Assembly: GCA_947452985.1 (NCBI GenBank)
Contig: CANGEU010000003.1
Span: forward strand, 34,284-98,283
Direction of reading: 5' to 3'
Length of the DNA: 64,000 nt
Origin: Micrococcales bacterium
GTDB taxonomy: Bacteria; Actinomycetota; Actinomycetes; Actinomycetales; Microbacteriaceae
The notes below the pieces were generated by a model that did no database searches, was not told the origin of the DNA, and saw only the letters and a list, made by a program, of their open reading frames with translations. This document shows, in pieces, positions 47,301 through 59,300 of this stretch (positions within the stretch are counted from its first letter, which is position 1; the number at the start of each line of letters is the position of its first letter). Position numbers and translations under genes: made by a program.

Positions 47301-50300
47301 TGCGGCTACCAACGTAAACGTCAATGCATCTATATCATGGTCTTCGAACGCCGTCCTAGTTCTTGGAAACACTTCAGCAGCAACGGTGAACGTCAACGAC
47401 GTCATCGCAGGTTCGGGAGCGACCGCTGGGGTCAAGATTTTACCGACCACCTACGGGTTGGCAGTGAAATCTGGCTCAGCAATTCGCCTTACCGGTTCTA
47501 CCCCATCGTTCAACCTTGGTGGAACTTCCTACACCGTTGTGAATACCGTTGCTGGTCTTTCGAATGTTGCAGCTGGAACAACTTGGGCACTAACTGCACC
47601 GATCACGCTTTCAACCAACTACAGCACAGCGGTCAGAGACTTCACCTTCACCGGAATCATGGACGGCCTTGGAAACACCGTCAATAACATGCAGATCACC
47701 CCGACCACCACGCGCGACGTTGGTTTCTTCGCCCAGTTGGGTGGAGCAACCGTTCGCAACGTTGGATTCACAAACATCAACTTCTACTCAAACACCGGCT
47801 CGATCAACTTGCGCATGGGTGCAGTAGCAGGTAACGGTTCGAGCACTGGAACAAACACTGTTACCCAGGTCTGGGCAACAGGCTTCAACATCCAGGATGC
47901 AGCAAGCGGTGCGGTCGAAATTGGCGGACTCTTCGGTGGTGCTACAGCCGGAACATTGAACATATCGAAGTCTTGGTCCAGCGTATCGATTGCGTCCAAA
48001 GCCCCGTCGGTGGGTTCAGGTGGCCTGATCGGAACCAACGCCAATGTATTTAGTCAAACTGCAGTACCAACGTCTGCATACAACACCTTAACCATCAATG
48101 AGAGCTACAGCGTCGGAAACATATTGCGCGACCTGCCAGCGAACCTGTCTTGGTATGGAAATGGTGGAATCATCGGTGTTGCCTACGGGTGGAGCGTCAC
48201 CATCAATAACTCCTTCACTTGGGGGGTAGTAAACGCCACTGGTACTAACGGAAATTCATACGTTTCAACCGGTGGAGTAGTTGGTATTGCTCACGGTTCA
48301 AGCACTTTATCGATTAGCAACGTTTACACAACGAGTGGTACGAACCCGAATTGTGTGAACAATGCGGCATATACGGGTTGCACCTCGGGGGCTGTGGCGG
48401 GAGCGCCTGTCACAGGTTTCTCAACTGGCCTCTGGTCAACCGTCAACGGTGCATCGCTGGTGAACCTCGCCCCACCAACCAAGCTGCTTTACGTTCGTGT
48501 CAAAGCACCGACTGATGGATCTTTTGGCACAGTTGGTTATGAAATTGTTGACTCCACCGGAACACTTCAAACCCTAAGTTCGCTGAACCTCAGTGTCTCG
48601 GGCACTCCAACCTACGACACAATCAGCTCGGCTTCGGCCAAGGGCACTTACACCGTGAACTACTCTTCAGGGTTGACGCTCGGTGGAACATCTGCTGGCG
48701 TTTACTCCCTCAATGCATGGAAGACAGCCACTTCCGTAGTGCTATCGCGTCTTCCTCAAACCCTCACCTGGGCGCCAACAACCGCTATTGCATTCAAGAC
48801 GGGTTCATTTACACCTAGCTCCACCCCATCGGCAGTTGGGGCGCCAACAATCACTTACACGGTGTCAGATCAGGGAACAACTAGTTGTTCGGTTGCTTCG
48901 CTGACGGGCGTTGTGACTTACTCGAGTGCTGGCACCTGTGTTGTTACCGCAACTGCCGCACAGACCACGGATTACACAGCTGCTTCGGTAAACGTAAGCT
49001 TTGTGATTGCTGCGGCTCCAACCTTCACCGTAGTTACTTCAGGTGGTGGAGTCTCTGGAACCGACTACACCGTATCCGGTGGTGTGATCACGGCAACTTC
49101 CAACGCCAGCATCAATGCTTCTGACTTGGTTACCTTACTGGGGACTGGTTCGGTCCAGCTTGCCGGAAACGTTATCGTCAACGCCCCGATTACTTGGTCG
49201 GCTAACACGGTTCTGACCCTTGGTGGAACCAGCGGCAACAATGTGACCATCAACAAGAAGATCACCGCTTCGGGTAATACCGCGGGCCTAGAGGTGAAAC
49301 CAAGTACTTACTCCCTAGACACCAAGAATGGCATTTCAATCGTGCTTTCGGGCACGACCCCAACCTTGAGTATTGGCGGCAGCAGCTACACCTTGGTGAA
49401 GAGCATCGCCGATTTGGCTAACGTGACTGCTGTTTCCACCGATAAGTTCGCACTGGCAGTGCCTGTGAGCTTTAGCACTGCGATTACCGCATCACCGATC
49501 AATGTGAACTTTGCCGGAACCTTCGACGGTCTTGGTAACACTGTCGACAACATGAAGTTGACCTACACCGGTGCGACAAACGTTGGTTTCTTTAAGAACT
49601 TAGCCGGTGGAACGATTCGCAACCTTGGAATCATCAACCAAATTGTTTCGCTAGAACCAGCCACCACAACTGGAAACCTGGCCGCAGGTGGCTTGGTTGG
49701 CGACAGCACCGGCGGAACCATTGAAGGTGTCTGGACTACCGGTTTCGTCAAGGTCAAGTCTGGCAAAACCTACGCCTCACTAGGTATGGGTGGAATTGTT
49801 GGAAACGTCAGCTCGGGCACACTGACCATCAACAAGACCTGGAGTTCGGTTGGTCTAGATGGCTGGTATGGAACCTATACCGCCATGTTTGCCGGTGGTC
49901 TGGTTGGTGGAGACCTTGGCACTTGGTCGGCAACCTCAGCAACCGCTGGTGGAAGCCTGGTCATGAATGAGGTTTATTCGACCGGCGACGTTTCGACTCC
50001 GCTAACCTCAGGCACAAACGGTATCGGTGGGTTGATCGGACTTCACCAGGGAACTGGAACTATCACTGTTACCAACGCATTCACATGGACTCAACTCGTT
50101 GGAAATACTGGAGTAAATTTCGGTGGGTTCCTTGGGTTCGGTTCCGGCGGAGCTGCCACGTTTACCAACGGATATTCAATCAATTCGGTCAATTATCCGG
50201 CCGGTTCTTCAAATGTTACTTCGAGTAACACCTCCTGGAACTATGCAATGGGTGCAACCCCAGGTTTTGTAATCACCGGAAACTCAAGCTGGTATGAGAG

Positions 50301-53300
50301 CACCAATGGACGCGCACTTTCTTCACTTCCAATGGCCGTCAAGAATTACTACGTGCGAGTTGCGGTTTCCGGAACACCGAACGGTTCTTACAGTGACATC
50401 GTTTACCGAACCATCAACAGCGTTGACCAGACCAAGACTCTTTCAGCGTTCAACCTCACGGTTTCGGGCACACCGGTGTATTCGATTACCGAATCAGCAG
50501 TATTGGGAACCTACGCGGTAACCTACACCTCGGGTTTGACCTATGGCGGCACCGGGGCCTACCTCTTCAATTTCTTGCCATACCCTTTTTCCACCTCTGT
50601 GACGATCAGCAAATACGCGCAAACAATTTCGCTGACCTCCACCGCCCCAACCACGGCAACTGTTGGCACCACTTACACACTCGCTGGAACCGCCTCCAGT
50701 GGACTGACAATCACTTACACAATCGATAGCAGCTCGACTTCGATTTGCAGCATTGCCGGTTCGGTAGTAACTTTCAACGCTCTAGGTACCTGTACCATCA
50801 ACGCCAACCAGGCCGGTAACACCACTTACCTAGCCGCACCGCAAGTTCAGCAGGCTGCGATTGCAACCGTAAAGGGTGCCCAGACGATTACCTTTACCTC
50901 GTCAGCTCCAACCACCGCAAAGGTTGCTGGGTCTACCTACACTGCTACAGCAACATCAACCAGCGGTGGTGCGCCAGTCCTCACTGTTGACTCGTCGTCG
51001 TCGTCGATTTGTTCTATAGCTGCGGGTGTGGTTTCGTTCCTTGCCGTTGGAACTTGTAAGGTCAACGGAAACGAAGCCGGTGGGACAAACTGGAACGCTG
51101 CAATCCAGGCACAGCAGAGCTTTACCGTGGCAAAGGGTGTCTCCACAATTGTGATCACCTCAACCGCACCAACAGCAGCAGTTGTGGGCGGTTCCACCTA
51201 CGCAATGACTGCAACCAAGACCGCTGCTAACACCAACTCGGTTACCTACTCGGTTGACTCAACAACTTCAACTATCTGTTCGGTTTCTGGCGCTGTGGTG
51301 AGCTTCCTACTTGTTGGAACTTGTAAGGTCAACGCCAACCTAGCTAGCGACACCCAGTACGAAGCGGCCACTCAGCAGCAACAGGTAATCACAGTTGGTA
51401 AAGGCGACCAAGTTCTAGCCTTCACATCGTCAGCTCCAAACGCGGCAAAGGTTGGCGCTCCGAACTACACGTTGACCGCTACCGGTGGAGCTTCAACCAG
51501 TGCGATGGTGCTCTCGGTAGATTCCATCGCGACAGGAAAATGTTCCGTAGCCGGTTTTGTCGTCACATATTTGTCCGTTGGTGACTGTGTTCTGAACCTG
51601 AACCAGGCTGGCGACACCAACTACAACGCGGCCACTCAAGTTCAGCAGACCGTGACGATTACCGCAGACGGTCGTTGCCCGAATGGTTTCGTTTCAGGAA
51701 ACTACTGTTTGATTCGTTTCAACACTTCCGGAACCTGGACCGTGCCAACCGGTGTTACCACAATTGATCTGCTCGCTGTTGGTGGCGGTGGCGCCGGTGG
51801 CGGTGGCGCCGGAGGCAACACCAGTCCAGGTGGCGGTGGCGGTGGTGAAGTGCTCGAAGCCTTCACTCAAAGTGTTGTAACTGGCCAGAAGTTCACGGCA
51901 ACTGTTGGTGCCGGCGGTATCGGTGGCGGTGCAGTAAACGCAGCAACACCAAGCACCAGTGGATCTGCTACCACGATTACAGGCACAAATGGTTTCGTGA
52001 CTATCACTGCGCGCGGTGGAGGTAACGGTGCAACCTATGACTTTACTAATTCTCTAGCAATCGCTGCCGGCGGCGGAGCAACCATTGCTGGTGGAGGTGG
52101 AGGAAACGGCCAGGCCGGGACTCCTCCAACAACTCCTGGTACCGGCGGTGTCTCGACCGGTGGTGCCGGTATTTCTAACAACACGAACGCTGCCCTCCAA
52201 GCTGGTGGTGGTGGAGGTGGTGCCGGCGGAAACGGTACTAACGCGACTTCATCATCGGGTGGTGCCGGCGGTGCTGGAAAGAATTCAACCATTCTCGGCA
52301 TGCTGCTAGGTGGCGGTGGCGGTGGCGCTAAACGTCAAGCTGTTTCTGGAACCGCTGGAACTGCAACCGCTGGTGGTGGCGCAGGAGGTTTAGCTGTAGC
52401 TGGTACTCCTGGTACCGCAAACACCGGTGGCGGTGGCGGTGGTTCGGCTGGTTCAAACGTTGGAGCCAATGGTGGTTCGGGTGTGGTAGTTATTCGCATC
52501 GCGCTTCAGAGCCAGACCGTTGCGTTCACTTCAACAGCGCCAACGGGACTCGTCTTCGGCACCTCAACGACCTACACGCCAACGTCATCGGGAAGCGCTT
52601 CTGAAGTTTCACCGGTTATTACGGTCGACGCTTCGTCGTCGGCGGTTTGTTCTATCAGTGCCGGTGTGGTTTCGATCACCGGTGCAGGTACCTGTACTTT
52701 GAATGCAAACCAGGCTGGCAACGGTTTCTACGCTCCAGCTTCTCAAGTTCAGCAAAGCTTCACCGTGGCGAAGGCTGACCAGACAATCACGTTTACCAAC
52801 GAGCCAGCTTCAACAAAGGTCAACACCACATACACACCAAGTGCAACTGCAACCGGTGGCGGAAGCGTAACCTTCACAATCGCTTCTGGTTCATCTGCCG
52901 TATGTTCGATTGCGTCCGGCGTGGTTACTTTCAACGCCGTTGGTTCTTGTGTTGTTCTAGCTGACTCGGCCGGCAGCACGAACTACAACGCTGCGGCTCA
53001 GGGCTCGAAGACTATTACCGTTGGTAAGGGCGACCAAACAATCACCTTCACCAACAACCCAGCAACACCAAAGGTCAACACCACCTACACCCCAACCGCA
53101 ACCGCAACCGGTGGCGGAAGCGTGACATTCTCTATTGCATCAAACTCGTCTGCGATTTGTTCGATTGCTGGCAACGTGGTCACATTCAATGCCGTCGGTG
53201 ACTGTGTGATTCTTGCCGACTCAATTTCAACTGCCAACTGGAGTGTTGCGACACAGGGCTCGAAGACTGTGACCGTTGCCAAGGGCGAGCAAACCATCAC

Positions 53301-56300
53301 CTTCACCAACAACCCAGCAACACCAAAGGTGAAAACCAGCTACACCCCGACCGCAACTGCGACCGGTGGTGGAAGCGTAACCTTCACAATTGCCGCCGGT
53401 TCGTCGTCGGTGTGTTCAATAGCCTCTGGAGTTATTACCTTCCTTGCGGTTGGCGATTGTGTAATCAAGGGAGATTCAGCTGCTTCGGCCAACTGGAATG
53501 CGTCAGCCCAGGGTTCTAAGACCGTAACCGTTACCAAGGGTGATCAGGCAATCACGTTCACTTCGAACGCACCAACCAATGCGGTTGTAGACGGGTCCAC
53601 CTACACGATTACAGCTAACGGTGGGGATTCTACGAGCGCGGTTACTTTCACTGTCGACACTTCTGCTACCGCTATCTGTTCGATCTCGGGTGCGGTTGTG
53701 ACCTTCCGCGCTGTTGGCAGCTGTGTGATTAACGCCAACCAGGCCGGGGATGTCAACTACTTGCCAGCTACCCAGGTTCAGCAAACCATCACTGTTGGCA
53801 AGGGCACACAGGTTGTAGGAATCACTTCGGCTGCGCCAACCAACGCCGTGGTTGATGGTTCGACCTATGCTGTCAGCGCATCCAATGGCCGCGGAACCGC
53901 GAACGTGGTGCTTTCGATTGACTCGTCCGCAATTGCTGTTTGTTCGATCACCGGTTCAGTAGTTTCATTCCTAGCTGCCGGCACTTGTAAGGTAAACGCC
54001 AACCAGGCTGGCGATGCCAACTACAACGCAGCCGCCCAGGTTCAGCAAACCTTCGCCGTTGGCAGGGGCGCACAGGTTGTTGCAATCACTTCGACCGCAC
54101 CGAGTTCAGCTGTGGTTGATGGCGCGACCTATACGGTTATCAAGACCGGCGGTCGTTCAACATCATCGGTAGTGACTTCAATTGCTTCGGCCTCCGCTTC
54201 GGTTTGTTCGATCAGCAGTTCGGTTGTCACATTCCTTACCGCCGGCGACTGTGTGGTGAAGGTCAATCAAGAGGGCGATGCCAACTACACCGCAGCCTCG
54301 GAAGCTACCCAGACCATCACAGTTGGTAAGGGTGCACAGGAGATTTCCATCACTTCAACCGCGCCAACCAATGCTGTGGTTGATGGTTCGACTTACACAG
54401 TTTCTGCAACCGGTGGACGTTCTACCTCGTTGGTGATTTCTTCGATTGCAGCCGCTTCAGCTTCGGTCTGTTCGATAGCTGCCGGTGTGGTCACCTTCCT
54501 TGCGGCTGGCGATTGCGTGGTCGAATTCAACCAGGACGGCGACGCCAACTACAACGCCGCTCCAACGCAAACCCAAACCATCACAGTTGGCAAGGGATCG
54601 CAGACAGTCGACTTCACTTCGTTGACACCAACCGGTGTTCGCGTTGATGGCAGCGTTTATGTTCCAACCGCAACCGGTGGCGCATCGACCAGCGCGGCGA
54701 CGATCTCGATTGCTTCCTCGTCGTCGACGATTTGTGAAATCAACAACGGTGAAGTTTCGTTCCACGCGGTTGGTTCTTGTGTCGTTGAAGTGAACCAGGC
54801 TGGCGACGACAACTACAACGCAGCTCCTGTGAAAACCCAAACCATTACCGTGGCTAAGGGTCTACAGTCGCTTACCAAGACTTCGGTTGATCCAGCCGCT
54901 GTGGTTGATGGCGCAACCTACACACCTACCTTTACTAGCGGCGCCTCGGGTAGCGCTGTTGTCGTAGCAATTGCTTCGGGTTCGGCGGCCGACTGCACTG
55001 TTTCAAACGGAACCATTTCGTTCATCGGTGCTGGCGACTGTGACGTAACCGTGAACCAGGCTGCAAACGCCAACTACGAAGCTGCCCCAGAACTTGCTTT
55101 CACCATCACGGTTGGCAAGGGCTCACAAGCAATTACCTGGACCACCACCGAGCCAAGTAGCGCGGTAGTTGGAGGCGTTACCTATAGCCCAGCTGCAACT
55201 GGTGGGGCAACGGGCAACACAGTTTCGTTCCGCGTCGATGTGAACACCGCCTCGGTCTGTGCCGTCAGCATGGGTGCGGTTCGTTTCATTGGTGTTGGTA
55301 CCTGTACCGTTGTCGCCAACCAGTCCGGTAACTCGAACTACCTGGCCGCGCCACAAGTTTCGCAAACCTTCACCGTAGGTAAGGGAACGCAAGCAATTGC
55401 CTTCACTTCGACGATCCCAACCGCGGTTGTTGACGGTGCAACCTACACCCCTGCTGCACTCGGCGGTCCAACCGGTAACTCGGTTACCTTCTCGATTGCT
55501 TCGGCATCGTCTGCGGTTTGTACTTTGGCTTACGGAAAGATTTCCTTCCAGAATGTTGGAACTTGTGAGGTAGAGGCAAACCAGCTCGGCAACACCAACT
55601 ACAACGCGGCTCCTCAAGTCGTTCAATCGTTCACGGTTGGCAAGGGTGCTCAAACGGTTTCGTTCACCTCTGCCGCACCAAGTGCCAAAGTTTCGGGAAC
55701 CACTTACACGCCGGTAACTGCCGGTGGTGCTTCTGGCAATGCGGTGACACTATCGATCGCCCCTGCCTCGTCGTCGATCTGTTCAGTAAACAATGGCGTG
55801 GTCTCGTACCAGGCTGTTGGTTCGTGTGTGGTTCAGGCGAACCAGGCTGCGTCGGCCAACTACGAAGCTGCAGCCCAGGTTACTCAAACCATCACCGTGG
55901 CTAAGGGTGTTCAGGTTCTGAACTTCACCACCACTCCACCTTCACTTCGACCAGTACAAGGAACCACCTACGTTCCTGCCGTAACCTTTGGCAACTCCGG
56001 CGTGCCTGTGGTCTTCACCATCGGCGCCGAAGCCGCTTCAATCTGTACCATCGCCAACGGAACCATCTCGTTCCTCGCAGTCGGCGACTGCGTGCTCTAC
56101 GCCGACCAAGCTGGTAACGCGAACTACACAGCGGCAACTCGCATCAGCCAGGTCTTCGACATCACCAAGGGTGAGCAGATCGTGAACTTCACCTCGAACG
56201 CGCCAACCACTGCGGTTGTTGACGGAGCTACCTACACCCCAACTGGTACCGGAGGCGCTGGAACCAGCCCACTAGTGTTCTCGGCAACCGCAGAGTCTGC

Positions 56301-59300
56301 TGGAATCTGTACCGTTCTAGTTGGCGTGGTCTACTTCCAGGGGGCCGGCGACTGTGTCATCGCTCTCAACCAGGCCGGCGACACCAACTACAACGCGGCC
56401 ACCCAGAAACTTCAGACGATTTCAGTTGGCAAGGGTTCACAGACCATCACATTCACCAGCAGCAATAACACTGCGACGGTCGACGGAGCAGCCTACTTAC
56501 CAACCTTTACCAAGGGATCAAGCATCAACGCCGTACACATTTCGGTGGCAAGTTCGTCTTCGATGGTTTGTGAGGTTACTGCTGGCAGCGTTGCTTTCCA
56601 CTCGGTTGGTGACTGTGTGATCGAGGCTACTCAGGCTGCCGACAACAACTACGAAGCGGCACCGATGGTCGCCCAAACCATTTCGGTGGCGCAGGGTACT
56701 CAGGTTGCTTTGGTTGGTCACGCCTCGTTGTCTAGCTTGACCTTGGGTTCATCCACTCCAACCGCGGTTTTGACCACGAGCGGCGGTTCAGGTGACGGCG
56801 CGATTTCTTGGTCGGTCGACCCAACTAGCGCGGCTTACTGTTCGGTTTCTGGCGATGTGGTTTCTGGTTTGGCTTCAGGTTACTGTGACCTTGTTGCCAC
56901 CAAGGCCGCCGACCAAAACTACCTCGAGGCTACCGCTACCCTGACCGTTGTGGTTAGCACCGGTGGCCAGGCGCCAGTTCGCACCTCAATCAATGTTGAG
57001 AACCCAACCTTCTCTGAAGGTTTGACGCTAACCCTCTCACTCGATGGTGGCGACGGCAGCGGTGCAGTTTGGTTCGAAAGCCTGACCACGCACGTTTGTA
57101 ACACCGATGGCGGCACCACGCTGAACGTTTACCACGCTGGAACCTGTAACGTGATCGGTCACAAAGATGGCGACGACAACTACGAGGCAGTCCAAGACAC
57201 CCTAAGTTTCAACATTGCGAAGGCAACTCAGTCCGGCGTGACAATTCACTTGGCGAGCCCACTAACTTACTCGGCAACCGGAGCTGTTACCTCGGCACTC
57301 AGCCTCGACGGCGTTCTTGCCGACGGCGCCCAGAGTTTCTCGGTAACGAGCGGAACCTGTACTGTGGTCGACGGCGAACTCAGCGCAACCGAAGCCGGTG
57401 ACTGCGAAGTTACCGCGAGCATCGTGGGCGATGACAAATACCTAGACGGCACATTCACTCACACTTTCACCATTGCGAAGGCCGCCCAGAGCCCACTGAC
57501 CGCCACTTTGGCAACCGATGCACTTCCTGCCATCGCTTGGAATGGTGTGAAGACCACTACATTCGATGTGGCTGGCGGCTCTGGAGCCGGCACCCTGAAC
57601 GTGAGCACCAGCACGCCATTGATCTGTTCGGTCTCGCTAACCGACTCCGTGGTTACCGTCACCGGTATCGCTCAGGGAACCTGTGACGCCAGTGTCTCGC
57701 GCGCTGCCACTGCAAACTACCTTGGCGCTTCGACCCTGTTCACCGTTGAGGTACTTGACCTTGCTGGTCGCCCTACCGCAGTGGCTGCCGCTGCCCCAGT
57801 GCGTTCACCAAACGGTTCGTTGTTATCCACCGTTTCTTGGACCGCACCGGCTGCCGCCAGCACTCGAGCATCGGTCACCGGCGTGAAGGTTCAAAGCCGA
57901 ATTGGTAACGGCGCCTGGGCCGATGTTACTGAAACACCAGTTCCTGCCAGCGAGACCTCTCTAGCGGTAGCGGTTCAGCCTTGGACCAAGTACAACTTCC
58001 GTGTTGCGGCTACCACGGCTCTTGATGGTGACAACTTGAACTGGGCCTACTTCGACCTTTCTGGAGATAACACTCCAGACGTTCTTGTAGTTGGCGGTGG
58101 CCGAGTAGTAGCCTCAACCGCGAAGGCTGCAACGACCTCTGGCGAGACCGTAATCATCACGGGTGCCGGATTCGAAGCGGGTTACACCACACGCGTTGAA
58201 CTAACCACTGGCTCCTCGGTATTCGCTGCCGGCATTCGCCCGGCCGCCGCTCTTGTCCAGACCGTGGTTCTGCCTGCAACCTACATTTCGCCAACGCAGC
58301 TTTCGTTCGTGCTACCTAAGATCACCTTGCCCAAGGGAACTTTGAGCCTGACCACGCAGATCAAGGTTTTGAGCACCGACAACCTCAAGTCAGACGCATT
58401 CCCGCTCGACTACATTCCAAAGAAGCTGGCCCAGACTCTAACGGCAACCTTGCCTGCAGTGAACACCATCATGACCATGACGGCTCCGCTAATTTCAACC
58501 GGAACGGTTACCTCTAGCAGCACCGACAATCCTCCGGTGGTTACCGCTACGCCGGCCTCGGTGTGTACCGCATCGATCAACCTTCTAAACAAGTTGGTGG
58601 TGACTCCGGTTTCGCCGGGCAAGTGTTCGATCTCGGTGGTTATCCCTGGCACCCCTGCCTACCTAGTGAGTGCAACCAAGTCCACGGTCGTTTACATCAA
58701 AACCAACCGCACCGCAGGTCTCACCGCAACCGCAGACAGCGTGACCTCCTCGGGCGTTCACACCCCAACTACTTTCAACGTGACCTCAGGTCTAAGCAAC
58801 ACCGCAGTCTCGGTGGTTGTTGGTGAAAACGCGGTAGAAGTTCCAGTAACACTGAACAAGCGCGAAGGTGCCGTCCTCTTCACCGTTGATGCCGCTTCAG
58901 ATGCCGCGGGTCGTTGTATCGCCGATGGTGGAGACGCCACCACCGGCCTAGTTGGAACCATCACCATGAACGACCTTGGAACTTGTAAGGTCACCGTGAC
59001 GCTTCCTGCCGACGACGGCTATTACGTTGGAACTGAAACCATTGTGATCACCGTGAACGGTGTTGCAGCAGACCCTACAGTTCCTGTTGTGCAGGATCTT
59101 GGCGACGGCGAGGCTGCACCAGAGGACACCGACCTGAACCCGAAGGATCCTGACACCGAGCCTGCCGTGGCAATTACCCTGGACCCTAGCCGCGCAGCCG
59201 ACTACTCGTTCGGTGGCGAAGACGGCTTAGCTTTCGACCCACTAACCAAGAAGCTAAACGTTCGCTCTCGCACTCCACTGGTTGGTGTTTGGACCGCCAC

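Noticed and set aside
52035-52301. Proline-rich 88-aa ORF on the minus strand inside the giant gene
   Set aside because: Same artefact: it is the antisense of the poly-Gly blocks of the Gly-rich domain.
40684-57765. Regular repeats that might suggest a CRISPR array or non-coding satellite
   Set aside because: The repeat units are 255 nt to 2.15 kb long, contiguous, without unique spacers, and all in one open reading frame with conserved protein motifs. They are coding domain repeats.
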